Shown: positions 9,405 to 18,783, counted from the stretch's first letter. The stretch: 64,000 nt of DNA from Candidatus Lustribacter sp. (GCA_965277805.1 OZ255842.1:1216001-1280000), one strand, 5' to 3'. Notes: generated from the letters alone by a model not told the origin. Program-made: numbers and translations.

Positions 9405-10152
9405 GCCGCTCTCGGCCGCCGCGATCCGCTGGTGGACGATCGCCGGCCTGATCGTGCTGTGGGAAGTCGCGGCACGCTTGTTCGGCGATCCGGCGTTCGT
9501 CGCGCCGCCGTCCCGCGTGCTGCTCGGCCTGCCCGGACTCTTCGCCGATCACAAGGTCGCGGTCGCCCTCGGGACCGCTGCGCTGGAGATGATCATCGCC
9601 TTCGTGCTCGCGGTGATCGTCGGCGCGATCGTCGGCGTCGCGATCGGCATTACCACGATCGGCCGGCGCAGTTTCTTTCCGTTCGTATTGCTGATGTGGG
9701 GCTTGCCGCAAGTCGTCGTGCTGCCGCTCGTGATCCTGATCTTCGGCCTCGGACCGGTGAGCCGCGTTGCGTTCGGATTCACGCACGGCATTTTGCCCGT
9801 GATCGTCACGACGGTGACAGGGATGCGTTCGGTCAGCCCGCTGTTGCTCTCGAGCGCGCGTTCGATGGGCGCCTCGCAAGCGCAGGTGCTGCGTCACATC
9901 ATCTTTCCGACGATGGTCGCGACGGTGTTTACCGGGCTGCGCTTGGCGATGTCGCTGACGCTGCTCGGCGTGGTGCTGGCCGAGCTCTTCGTGTCGTCGA
10001 ACGGCATCGGCAACTACACGCAGATTTTCGCCGAAACGTTCCATCCCGACAAGCTCTACGGGCTGATCCTGGTGCTGGCGGTCACCGCGGTCGTCCTCAA
10101 CGAGCTCGTGGGCCTCGTGGAGAAGCGGTTCTCGCGCTGGAAACTGGGTTAA
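9385..10152 (+). CDS. ABC transporter permease
   Basis: SARSMGASQAQ loop, GVVLAELF; GTG start inferred. Confidence 0.88.
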   Translation: MQSVARRPLSAAAIRWWTIAGLIVLWEVAARLFGDPAFVAPPSRVLLGLPGLFADHKVAVALGTAALEMIIAFVLAVIVGAIVGVAIGITTIGRRSFFPFVLLMWGLPQVVVLPLVILIFGLGPVSRVAFGFTHGILPVIVTTVTGMRSVSPLLLSSARSMGASQAQVLRHIIFPTMVATVFTGLRLAMSLTLLGVVLAELFVSSNGIGNYTQIFAETFHPDKLYGLILVLAVTAVVLNELVGLVEKRFSRWKLG

Positions 10153-11273
10153 TGGCCGTCCCTCGACAAGCTCGGGATAACAGGTTGACGGCGAGTTACT
10201 TCGTGACGTGCGCGGAGTCAGACATTGCGGCGCGCGCTGATGCGATCGCCTCGGAGCAGAGCGTCGAGTGCCCGCTCGAAGCGATTACGGAGCAGCGCAT
10301 TCTCGATGAGATCGTGGCGCGCGTGACGTCGATCGCGCCGGCCGGCCCCGGCCGCTTCCGCGTCGAGGTGGCGATCGCCGCGCAAACGATCGGTGCGAAT
10401 CCCGTGCAGTTCATCAACATGGTGTTCGGCAACGCGTCGCTGTGGGACGACGTGCAATTCGCCGGGCTCGACATTCCGGACGACGTGCTCGCGCTGTTTC
10501 CGGGTCCGCGTCACGGCATCGCCGGGATCCGGCGCATCCTCGGCGTGCCGGATCGTCCGCTGACCAATGCCGCGATGAAGCCGCAAGGCCTGCACGTGCC
10601 CGAGCTTGCCGCGATGTGCCGCACCTTCGCGCTGGCCGGGGTCGACATCATCAAGGACGACCACGGCATCGACGATCAGCACTACTCGCCGTTCGCCGAG
10701 CGCGTGCGCGCGTGCCAGGCCGCGACGGTTGAAGCCGTTGCCGCGACCGGCAAGACCGCGCTCTACGCGCCCAATCTCATCGGGACCCCGCGCGTGCTGC
10801 GCGAGCGCGCGCGCATCGCGCGCGAGGAAGGCGTGCGCGCGGTGCTCGTTGCGCCGATGCTCGTCGGCTTGCCTGCGTTCTTCGATCTCATCGATGAGTT
10901 CCCGGACTTCATCTATCTCGCGCACCCCTCGTTCGCCGGCGCGCGCCACATCGCACCCGAACTCCTATTCGGCCGCTTGCTGCGGTTGTTCGGCAGCGAC
11001 GCCGTGATCTTCGTCAACGTCGGCGGGCGTTTCGGCTACACGCACGAGATGTGCGCTGCGCTCGCCGCCGGAGCGCGCGCGCCGTGGGGCAACATCAGCC
11101 CAACGCTGCCCGTGCCGGCCGGCGGCATGCGCCTCGAACGCGTCGAGGAATTGCTCGATTTCTACGGCCCCGACACGATGCTGCTGATCGGCGGCAACCT
11201 CTTGATCGATCACGCGCGCGTACTAGAACGTACCCAAGAGTTCACCAAGCGCGTTGCGGAGTTTGTCAAGTGA
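10152..11273 (+). CDS. Form IV RuBisCO-like protein (RLP), KDDH type
   Basis: KPQGL, GVDIIKDDHG, LAHPS, GGRF, PVPAGGM, IGG motifs; ATG coupled to the permease stop (TAATG). Confidence 0.9.
   Translation: MAVPRQARDNRLTASYFVTCAESDIAARADAIASEQSVECPLEAITEQRILDEIVARVTSIAPAGPGRFRVEVAIAAQTIGANPVQFINMVFGNASLWDDVQFAGLDIPDDVLALFPGPRHGIAGIRRILGVPDRPLTNAAMKPQGLHVPELAAMCRTFALAGVDIIKDDHGIDDQHYSPFAERVRACQAATVEAVAATGKTALYAPNLIGTPRVLRERARIAREEGVRAVLVAPMLVGLPAFFDLIDEFPDFIYLAHPSFAGARHIAPELLFGRLLRLFGSDAVIFVNVGGRFGYTHEMCAALAAGARAPWGNISPTLPVPAGGMRLERVEELLDFYGPDTMLLIGGNLLIDHARVLERTQEFTKRVAEFVK
10159..10182 (-). repeat. REP-like palindromic element copy (inside RLP 5' end)
   Basis: Reverse complement TGTTATCCCGAGCTTGTCGAGGGA matches the copies at 17193 and 44724. 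Confidence 0.8.
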
Positions 11274-11438
11274 TATCGCGCTCGTTTTGCGCTCGCTTTG
11301 GTGGCCTTTGGATAAACGAATATTTTTCTCTCATTACCTAGCAACGTGCGGCTGAACGGAGCGTGCTGTGGGTAGGCGGGCATGCGAAGCGATCCGACTA
11401 GGATCGCCCATGCAACCTAGCTATTCGGAGATTCCCTC

Positions 11439-12845
11439 GTGAAACGATACAGTCTAGCCCTCGCGGTGACACTCGCCGCTACGGGCCTCGGCGCATCGTC
11501 AATGTCTACCGCGCAAGCGAATCCGCAAGGCAACTTGGCCAACTTGCACCCGATTCGCGTCGCACAAGCAACGACGGCGCCACCCGCAGATTTCGGTAGC
11601 GCCCCTTCGGGCGAAGTCCCGATTCTGTTCAACGACCAACACGTCTATAGCAAACCCGATCGTCTCAAACAAAACCGCGTTCTCGCTGCGCTCGTGCGCG
11701 GCAACGAAATCCTCGTCCCGCTGCGCTCGATGTTCGAACAGATGGGTGCGACGGTTTCATACGATCCCGCATCGAAAACAGCCGATGTCTCGAAGCCTGG
11801 CTCCGACGTCAAGGTAACCGTCGGCAAACCGGAAGTCGTGATCAACGGTGAAGCGCGTCCGCTCGACGTTCCGCCCGAAATTTATAAGGGCGCCGTCGTC
11901 GTTCCGGTCCGCGTTATTTCCGAAGGCATGGGTGCCTACGTCCAGTGGGTTCCCGAGAAGAAAGTCGTCGTCGTCCGCTACGTAGCGGCTCCGGTTCCGA
12001 CGCCGCCGCCCACCGCGCCGCCGACGGCACCGCCGACGCCGCGCCCGACTGCGCCGCCGACAGCGCCTCCGCCGCCGCCGCCGGTCGCAACGCCGGCTCC
12101 GACGCCGCCGCCCGCGGAACGCGTGTACGAACACTTCATCGTCGGCGATTACGTCGTGCGTCCGAACGCGTACAACCAGTTCGCGCCCGGTACGAACGTC
12201 GCAACGTGGGGTCCGTCATATGCGGGCCGCGCCGCGGTCGAATTCCCGCTGTTCAACATCCCCTTCATGGTTGAAGGCTACGGCGAACAGTATGCCTACA
12301 CGCATCCCGGCGGCTCGACGCCGTTCAACCCGAATTGCAACACGAACGGTCTCGCCGGCAATCCCGCTTGCGTAACGCCGCTCGGACCGGGCGGCGGAAG
12401 CCGCTGGGTGCCGCAATTCCAAGCCATCGATAGCGATGCCAGCGCTCGCGTCGGCATCCAGATCGCGAACCCGCGCATCTACCTCGCCGGTGCATATCTC
12501 TGGACCTCGACCAACTACGGTTATCCGCGGATGAACGGCGCTGGTTTCGGTATTGAGAAACTGCCCGACCTCGACCACTCGCTCTCGCTGTTCGGTAGCG
12601 CATACTACTACCCGAACGTGCAAGGCAACTTCACTGACCCGACGAGCGGCAACGTCTTCACCATTGAGGACCGCTTCCTGCAATATCAGGCCGGTGTCGT
12701 CTGGAACACCCCGTTCGGCTTCTCGAAACAGAGCGGCGTGTTCGTGGAAGCCGGGTTCATGGGGAACTCCACGATCAACAAGCAGTTCCTCCCGGGCAAC
12801 GGTCACGAATCCGGCGGGTTCGCCGGTATCGGTATCCACTTCTAA
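11439..12845 (+). CDS. Secreted copper-amine-oxidase N-terminal (stalk) domain protein with Pro-rich linker and probable beta-barrel C-terminus
   Basis: Signal peptide; LVPLRSMFEQMGATVSYD and VPVRVISEGMGAYVQW; PTAPP repeats; terminal GIGIHF. Confidence 0.8.
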   Translation: MKRYSLALAVTLAATGLGASSMSTAQANPQGNLANLHPIRVAQATTAPPADFGSAPSGEVPILFNDQHVYSKPDRLKQNRVLAALVRGNEILVPLRSMFEQMGATVSYDPASKTADVSKPGSDVKVTVGKPEVVINGEARPLDVPPEIYKGAVVVPVRVISEGMGAYVQWVPEKKVVVVRYVAAPVPTPPPTAPPTAPPTPRPTAPPTAPPPPPPVATPAPTPPPAERVYEHFIVGDYVVRPNAYNQFAPGTNVATWGPSYAGRAAVEFPLFNIPFMVEGYGEQYAYTHPGGSTPFNPNCNTNGLAGNPACVTPLGPGGGSRWVPQFQAIDSDASARVGIQIANPRIYLAGAYLWTSTNYGYPRMNGAGFGIEKLPDLDHSLSLFGSAYYYPNVQGNFTDPTSGNVFTIEDRFLQYQAGVVWNTPFGFSKQSGVFVEAGFMGNSTINKQFLPGNGHESGGFAGIGIHF

Positions 12846-12863
12846 AACCAAGCAACCCCTAGC

Positions 12864-12902
12864 AAGAGCGTCGCACAACCCGTGCGGCGCTCTTTTCTTT
12901 TT
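12864..12902 (+). terminator. Rho-independent terminator
   Basis: AAGAGCGTCGCAC/GTGCGGCGCTCTT stem followed by T tract. Confidence 0.85.
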
Positions 12903-12919
12903 GGGTAGAAGCGGTCCCG

Positions 12920-13651
12920 ATGGCCTACGAAGTAACCAAAAGCATCAAAGGACGTGACTACCGGTATCGCGTCGAGAGCCGGACGAATCCGGAGACGGGC
13001 CGGCCGGCGACGCGGTGGACGTATTTGGGTAAACTCGAAGGCGGCGAACTGATCGCACCGGCCCGGCCGGTCTCGCATCGTGTGACGCGTGATGAGATCG
13101 TGGCCGTGACAGCCAAGCTGCTCGAGACGCGCCCCGCGTCGCGCGTGACGGTCGCCGTGATCGCGCACCACGCCGGCGTGTCGCCCGGGACGTTCTACCG
13201 TCACTTCGCCGATCGCGACGAGGCCTTCAGCGCGGCGCTCGCCACGCTCGCCGAACAGTGCGTTGACGAATTGCCGGCTCTCGATGCGCCGGTGGGCACG
13301 CGCGATGCGGAACGCGCTCGTTTTGGGAACTGGTTCACCGCGCTCCACCGGGCCGTCGTGCGCGGCCGCGCATTCCGCTGGTTCATGACCGCCGGCGGCC
13401 ACGAAAAGTTCGAAGCCGCGATCGTGCAACAGCTGCGTATCGATCCGCGCGCATTGCTCGCCGGCTATTTCCGCATGCTGGAGGCGGCCGGCCTGACGCG
13501 AATCGGCGATGCCGATGCGCTGGCCAACGGCGTGCTGCGCCTGCACGCGGCGATCGTGCGCGACATCGTGCAGAACGGCGACGCCGAAGCCGACGCGTCC
13601 GGGCGCTGGGCTGAGGTTTTTCCGGTGATCGAGCGCGCGGTCTTCGCCTAA
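12920..13651 (+). CDS. TetR-family regulator with an extra N-terminal beta-rich domain
   Basis: VTVAVIAHHAGVSPGTFYRHF HTH preceded by about 50 aa starting MAYEVTKSIKGRDYRYRVES. Confidence 0.85.
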   Translation: MAYEVTKSIKGRDYRYRVESRTNPETGRPATRWTYLGKLEGGELIAPARPVSHRVTRDEIVAVTAKLLETRPASRVTVAVIAHHAGVSPGTFYRHFADRDEAFSAALATLAEQCVDELPALDAPVGTRDAERARFGNWFTALHRAVVRGRAFRWFMTAGGHEKFEAAIVQQLRIDPRALLAGYFRMLEAAGLTRIGDADALANGVLRLHAAIVRDIVQNGDAEADASGRWAEVFPVIERAVFA

Positions 13652-13687
13652 AAAAGACCTTTCGCGCCGGGCCGTGAAGCCCGGCGC

Positions 13688-14770
13688 GTGAGCGACTACG
13701 AGACGACGACCGAAATTATCTTCGCCGCGGAGCAGAAGCTCGACGCGACCGTGTGGGATTACATCACCGGCGGTGCGGAAACGGAGACGTCGATCCGGCG
13801 CAACCGCGAGGCGATCGAAGCCCTGGCCTTTCGCGCGCGCATTTTGCGCAACGTCACGGCGATCGATACCTCGACGACGCTGCTGGGTACGAAGCTGCGC
13901 CTGCCCTACATCCTCGCGCCGGTCGGCGGCCTGCAGGGCGTCACCGAGGGCGGCGCGGCCGCGCAAGTGCGGGGTGCGTGCGAATTCGGAACGCTGCCGG
14001 TCGTGAGTTCGGTCTCGCTGCCCACGCTCGAAGAGAGTGCCGCCGCCGCGCCGGGCGACAAGTGGTTTCAGCTCTACGTCCGCGGCGATCTCGCATGGAT
14101 CGAGGCGATCGTCGGCCGCGCGCGCGACGCCGGTTTTCGCGCGCTCGTGATCACGGTCGACACCGCGATCTACAGCAACCGCGAGCGCCAGAAACTCAAT
14201 CGCTTCGTGCCGATGGGCCGGCGCGACATCGCGGGCGAAGATTTTCAAGCCGCGCTCGATTGGGATACGCTCGATCGCATCCGCGAATTCGCCGGCATGC
14301 CCGTGATCGTCAAGGGCATTCAGACGGCCGAAGATGCGGACCTGGCGATCGAACACGGCGTCGCTGCGGTGTGGGTTTCCAATCACGGCGGCCGGCAGCT
14401 CGATCACGCGATCGGCTCGCTCGACGTGTTGCCCGAGGTCGTCGCGGTGGTGCACGGCCGCGTGCCCGTCATCGTCGACGGCGGCTTCATGCGCGGCACC
14501 GACATCCTCAAGGCGATCGCGCTCGGCGCGTCGGTCGTGGCGGCGGGCCGCATGCACGCGTGGGCGCTCGGCGCGGGCGGCGTTCCGGCGCTCGTGCGCA
14601 TGCTCGAACTCGTCGAGAACGAGGTCGTGACGTCGATGGGTCTGCTCGGCGTCACCTCACTCGCGCAGCTGAACCCGTCCTACGTGCGCCGGGCCGATGC
14701 GAGCATTGGACGCGGCGCGTTTCCGCTGTTGGAGCGCCTGGTCAAGGCCGCAGCGCCCCCCGCCGGGTGA
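13688..14770 (+). CDS. FMN-dependent alpha-hydroxy acid oxidase/dehydrogenase
   Basis: WFQLY, TVDT, VSNHGGRQLD, VDGGFMRGTDILKA. Confidence 0.95.
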   Translation: MSDYETTTEIIFAAEQKLDATVWDYITGGAETETSIRRNREAIEALAFRARILRNVTAIDTSTTLLGTKLRLPYILAPVGGLQGVTEGGAAAQVRGACEFGTLPVVSSVSLPTLEESAAAAPGDKWFQLYVRGDLAWIEAIVGRARDAGFRALVITVDTAIYSNRERQKLNRFVPMGRRDIAGEDFQAALDWDTLDRIREFAGMPVIVKGIQTAEDADLAIEHGVAAVWVSNHGGRQLDHAIGSLDVLPEVVAVVHGRVPVIVDGGFMRGTDILKAIALGASVVAAGRMHAWALGAGGVPALVRMLELVENEVVTSMGLLGVTSLAQLNPSYVRRADASIGRGAFPLLERLVKAAAPPAG

Positions 14771-16208
14771 ACATCGCGCGCACCGCATCGACGATGCGCA
14801 CGATGGCGGAACGGCGATAGGCGAAGCGCTCGTCCTCATCGGGAAAGTAGACCGCCATCACCGGGTTTGCTTCGAACACCAACACGTTGCCGTCGGCGCC
14901 GATGCCGAAGTCGATGCCGCCATATTCGAGGTCGAGCAGCGCCGCGATGCCGGTCAGCGCACGCATCGCCTGCGGGCCGAGATGGGCTGCCATATCGGTG
15001 AGGTAGGCCAGCTCCTCCGCGCGGTTGACGTCGTTGTTGCGCATGTCGGCTGAGAAGTAGTGGATCTTCCACGTCTTCGAGATCGCCAAATGCACCGGAT
15101 ACACCGCACCGTCGATGAAGAGCGCGCGATACTTGCGCATCGTGCCGTCGGGGCGGCTTGCATCCAGATAGGCGATGGCGTAGATCTCGCTGCCCGGCAG
15201 CGTTGCAAGCACGCGTGCAAGATCGCCGGGTTCGGCGACGAGCGCGAAATGTTCGCCCATGTGAAAGCCGGGCGAGCGCAACAGCAGCGGGAACGAAAAA
15301 CCACGCGCGCGCAGCGCTTCGGCCGTGATCTGCTCGCGCGGCAGCAGTTCGGTTTGCGGCGCGGTCACGCCGGGAACCGCGTTGAGCCGGCCGACTTCAT
15401 CTCGCCGCGTCCGCAGTACGGCGCCCGGCCGGTTCAGCGCCGGCGCGCCCGACGCCGCGATGATGCGCTCCGCGATCGCGAGCGTGTCGTCGCCGCGGTC
15501 GGCATCGGCGATCGCGTTGAAGATCAGATCGTGCGGCGGCAAGGTCATCCCGTCGCGATAGCTGTCGGCAACGAGCGAAGTGCTTTCGAGCTCGCGATCG
15601 TCCAGCAGCAGCGTGGTCACGATGTTGCCGCCGTGCGCGGCCAGCAGCACCAAGAGCCGGAGCGGCGTGCCGGTGCCGCGGTATGGGGCCGTGCGCACGA
15701 TCGGTTCAGCGAACGCGCGCTGCCGGTACGTCCGTGCGCCGGCGGCATTGCCTTGCGCTTCGAGCAGCAGCGCTAAGCCGAAACAGGCCGTCGGGTGCGC
15801 GGGTTCGAGTTCGAGCGCACGTTCGTAGGCCCGCCGCGCGGCCGCCGGATCGTCTTCGGAGAGCACGTTGCCGAGGTTGACGAACGCGTTCGCGTTCTCG
15901 GGGTAGTTTTTCGTTGCGTGCATGTAAAGAATGCGCGCTTCGGGCTTACGGTTCTCGAGGTAGAGCATCGTGCCGAGATTCATCAGCGCGCCGAAGTGCA
16001 GCGCGTCGCGCGCGAGCACGCCCTTGTACGCGCCGCGCGCGCGCGTCAGACGCCCGAGATCTTCGAGCAAGCACGCGCGCGCAAACAGCAGATCGACCGC
16101 ATCGCGATGCGTTTCCAGCGCGGTTTCGATCGCTGCCAGTGCTTCTTCGGTGACGTTGCCGTCGCACGTGACGCGGATCGCGAGCGTGGCCGGCTTCAGC
16201 GGCGGCAC
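14742..16208 (-). CDS. TPR-repeat protein fused to an ATP-grasp-like domain
   Basis: N-terminal TPR-like helices (ALMNLGTM, AFVNLGNV); C-terminal LEYGGIDFG...VFEANP. Confidence 0.78.
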   Translation of the reverse strand: MPPLKPATLAIRVTCDGNVTEEALAAIETALETHRDAVDLLFARACLLEDLGRLTRARGAYKGVLARDALHFGALMNLGTMLYLENRKPEARILYMHATKNYPENANAFVNLGNVLSEDDPAAARRAYERALELEPAHPTACFGLALLLEAQGNAAGARTYRQRAFAEPIVRTAPYRGTGTPLRLLVLLAAHGGNIVTTLLLDDRELESTSLVADSYRDGMTLPPHDLIFNAIADADRGDDTLAIAERIIAASGAPALNRPGAVLRTRRDEVGRLNAVPGVTAPQTELLPREQITAEALRARGFSFPLLLRSPGFHMGEHFALVAEPGDLARVLATLPGSEIYAIAYLDASRPDGTMRKYRALFIDGAVYPVHLAISKTWKIHYFSADMRNNDVNRAEELAYLTDMAAHLGPQAMRALTGIAALLDLEYGGIDFGIGADGNVLVFEANPVMAVYFPDEDERFAYRRSAIVRIVDAVRAMFTRRGALRP

Positions 16209-16229
16209 GTGCCTACCGCGCGGCTTCGA

Positions 16230-16586
16230 TCAGCGGTTGCCGCGGCGCCGGTCGGTGAGGATGATCGGCGGCGCGTGTTCTTGACACGGTTCGGCGGTGA
16301 CGCCGGCGGGGCCGGCACCGACCGGTTCGAACGCAACGCAGCCGCATTGGAACATCGCCACCAAACGCAAACTTTCGGATCCGTCGACGATGACTTCGAG
16401 CGACGTTCGCTCGGCCCGAATGCGGCGCGCGAGGTGCGCGATCGTGCGCAGGTCGGAGCGCCGGCGCGGCTGTTCGCGCCGGTCGCTGCGGTCGCGGCGT
16501 TCTTCCGTAAGCGCGGCACCGAGGCTGAGGGCGGTGGACGGCACAAGGCCCCGCCGCTCAGAAGCGCGGCGATCAAACGTAGTCAT
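16230..16586 (-). CDS. Small hypothetical protein with repeated (D/E)RR motifs and CxC...CxxH
   Basis: Fills the gap co-directionally 21 bp before the TPR gene; non-random motif structure. Confidence 0.55.
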   Translation of the reverse strand: MTTFDRRASERRGLVPSTALSLGAALTEERRDRSDRREQPRRRSDLRTIAHLARRIRAERTSLEVIVDGSESLRLVAMFQCGCVAFEPVGAGPAGVTAEPCQEHAPPIILTDRRRGNR

Positions 16587-16642
16587 CGGACGCTCGCTAT
16601 TCGCCCGGGAAAGGCCGGGTCCTAGGGGGTATCTACCCGGCG

Positions 16643-17185
16643 ATGTGGTGGCGTCCGGTGCTCCTTGCCGTCATCGTTGCGCTGGCCGCCGGTCCCGCCG
16701 GGGCGTCGAGTTTCACCATCGTCACGTCGGCGTTTCTCGACGGCGGCGACATCCCCAAAACCGATGCCGCCGGCGCCGATTCGTGCGGCGGGCGCAACCT
16801 GTCGCCCCCGCTCCACTTCACCGGTTTTCCGGCGAGCACGCGCAGCTTCGCGGTCGTGGTCTTCGACACCGATGCCGGCCACGGGCACGGCTTCACGCAT
16901 TGGGTCGCATACGGCATACCGCCGTCGATGACGAGCTTGCCGCCCGGCTTCGGTTCCGCGGCCGCCCCGGGGTTTACCGGCGGCGCGAACGACGCCGGCA
17001 CCACCCTGTACTTCGGCCCGTGTCCGCCGCACGGCGATCCGCCGCATCATTACGTCTTCACCGCCTACGCGCTCGACCTCGCGCCGGGACGATTGCCCGC
17101 CGGCCTATCGCGGGCCGCCCTGCTGCACGCCATCGCAACCCACACGCTCGCCCAAGCCGTAATCACCGGCCGCTACGCGCGCTAA
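16643..17185 (+). CDS. YbhB/YbcL (PEBP-like) protein, secreted
   Basis: NLSPPL, FTHWV, YFGPCPP, HHYVFTAYALD; signal peptide. Confidence 0.93.
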   Translation: MWWRPVLLAVIVALAAGPAGASSFTIVTSAFLDGGDIPKTDAAGADSCGGRNLSPPLHFTGFPASTRSFAVVVFDTDAGHGHGFTHWVAYGIPPSMTSLPPGFGSAAAPGFTGGANDAGTTLYFGPCPPHGDPPHHYVFTAYALDLAPGRLPAGLSRAALLHAIATHTLAQAVITGRYAR

Positions 17186-17192
17186 AGCCCAG

Positions 17193-17216
17193 TGTCATCC
17201 CGAGCTCGTCGAGGGA
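17193..17216 (+). repeat. REP-like palindromic element copy (intergenic)
   Basis: TGTCATCCCGAGCTCGTCGAGGGA. Confidence 0.8.
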
Positions 17217-17234
17217 TAGAGAGAGACCACCATC

Positions 17235-17999
17235 TTGGAACTTGGAATTCGTGGACGGCTTGCACTCGTGACGGGCGCGAGCTCGGGTTTGGGGCGCGCG
17301 TGCGCGTTGGCCTTAGCGGCTGAGGGCGCGCGCCTCGCGATCGGCGCGCGGCGCATGGAACTGCTCGAAGAAGTTGCCGCCGAAGCGCGCACGGCCGGCA
17401 GCCCCGACGCGCAGGCGTACGCGCTCGATCTAGCCGATCCGGCGTCGATCGATGCGATGCTCGCGGCGATGCGCGACCGCCAAGGCGACGCGGAGATCGT
17501 CATCGCGAACAGCGGGCCGCCGAAGGGCGGCGCGGCCGCGAACCTGACGCTCGAGGACTGGGACGCAGCCTACGGGCCCACGATGCGCAGCATGCTGCAG
17601 ATCGTCTACGCGGTCTTGCCGGCGATGCGCGAGCGCAGCTGGGGCCGCATCGTCAACCTCTCGTCGTCGGCGCTCAAGACGCCGATTCCGAACCTCACGC
17701 TCTCGAATGCGTTCCGGGCCGGCTTGCTCGGCGCGCTAAAAACGCTCTCGCGCGAAGTTGCGGCCGACGGCGTGACGATCAACGTCATCGCGACCGGCAA
17801 GATCGAAACCGCCCGTGCGCGTTCGTTTTATGCGGCGCCCGGCTCGTGGGAAAAGCAGCAGGCCGAGATCCCGTTCGGCCGCTTCGGCAAACCCGAAGAA
17901 CTTGCGCCGCTCGTCGCGTTCTTGTGCGGCGAGGGCGCGCGCTATATCAGCGGCACCACGATCTCGATCGACGGCGGCCTCTCACCGACCCTGACGTAA
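17235..17999 (+). CDS. Short-chain dehydrogenase/reductase
   Basis: VTGASSGLG, GRIVNLSS, GRFGKPEE, ISIDGG. Confidence 0.93.
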   Translation: MELGIRGRLALVTGASSGLGRACALALAAEGARLAIGARRMELLEEVAAEARTAGSPDAQAYALDLADPASIDAMLAAMRDRQGDAEIVIANSGPPKGGAAANLTLEDWDAAYGPTMRSMLQIVYAVLPAMRERSWGRIVNLSSSALKTPIPNLTLSNAFRAGLLGALKTLSREVAADGVTINVIATGKIETARARSFYAAPGSWEKQQAEIPFGRFGKPEELAPLVAFLCGEGARYISGTTISIDGGLSPTLT

Positions 18000-18001
18000 A
18001 T

Positions 18002-18577
18002 TTAACTCTGCGCGGCGGGCGCGTCGTTCTCCGGCAGCGGGCTATTTTTCCCGCGCACGGTGGGCGTGGCCGGGGTTTCGGGCGAGGTATCGCGGCCGTT
18101 CAGTACGACCATTGCGCCGGCAACGCCGCCCGCCAGGGTCAACGCGAAAAGGAAGGGGTGGCGCAACGTTTGACGCGTTCCGAGGACCTGGTCGAGCGAG
18201 AGCGCGCCGAAGTCGCTCGCAGCGAACGTCAACGCCGCGGCGGAATAGACGAAGGGTACTTCGATGCCGCCTTGTTGCGCGAAAAACCCATTTTTTGCGT
18301 GCACGCTCTCCTGCGCGACGATCATGCCGGAGATCAGCATCGAGGGACCTATCGGACCGCCGAGCCCCAGAGCAATCAGCACACCCGACGCGATCTCATT
18401 CCACGAGGCGAGCGGAGCGTACGTCGTCCCGGGCCGGAATCCCAGGCCGTGCATCATTTCGGCAGCCTTCTCCGGACCCGGTCCGCCGAACCAACCCAGG
18501 GCCTTTTGGGCGCCGTGCGCTGCCATGGCGCCCCCTACGGCCAGCCGAGCACCCAACAGTGCAATATCTCGTATCAT
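18002..18577 (-). CDS. DoxX-family membrane protein
   Basis: RLAVGGAMAAHGAQKALGWFGGPG, VHAKNGFF, GALSLD. Confidence 0.92.
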   Translation of the reverse strand: MIRDIALLGARLAVGGAMAAHGAQKALGWFGGPGPEKAAEMMHGLGFRPGTTYAPLASWNEIASGVLIALGLGGPIGPSMLISGMIVAQESVHAKNGFFAQQGGIEVPFVYSAAALTFAASDFGALSLDQVLGTRQTLRHPFLFALTLAGGVAGAMVVLNGRDTSPETPATPTVRGKNSPLPENDAPAAQS

Positions 18578-18632
18578 CAGGGCTCAAATCTACCCAGGCA
18601 GGGGTTGACTTGCAACTTCTTTCCGACTTTTG

Positions 18633-18783
18633 TGTTATGATCCACGCTACCAGACGTGGCCCGAGTGCCGGCCTGTTCTGGGGTCAAGTTGTCAGAGTGG
18701 TCTTGTTGCATTAACAGTTCCAGGAACGGCGAGTTGAGTTGAATGGCACTCATAACGTAAATCGAGTCCTGGAGTTCAAGACC
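18633..18783 (+). promoter_or_regulatory. Extended -10 promoter and long structured 5' leader
   Basis: TG-n-TATGAT at 18633-18641; helices pair with the SD and start region (see findings). Confidence 0.5.

Noticed and set aside
9432-10151. N-terminal 240 aa of the 613 aa RLP ORF
   Set aside because: Alternate frame over the permease; RLP similarity begins near 10152
10595-10612. Further copy of the palindromic element (GCCCGAGCTTGCCG)
   Set aside because: Match too short, lacks the TGTCA and GAGGG ends, and lies in conserved RLP sequence
10152-11273. RuBisCO large subunit / CO2 fixation
   Set aside because: KDDH motif, short length and no rbcS or prk nearby indicate form IV RLP
11985-12115. 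Repetitive CCG-rich DNA as an array
   Set aside because: Encodes the Pro/Thr/Ala linker of the stalk-domain protein
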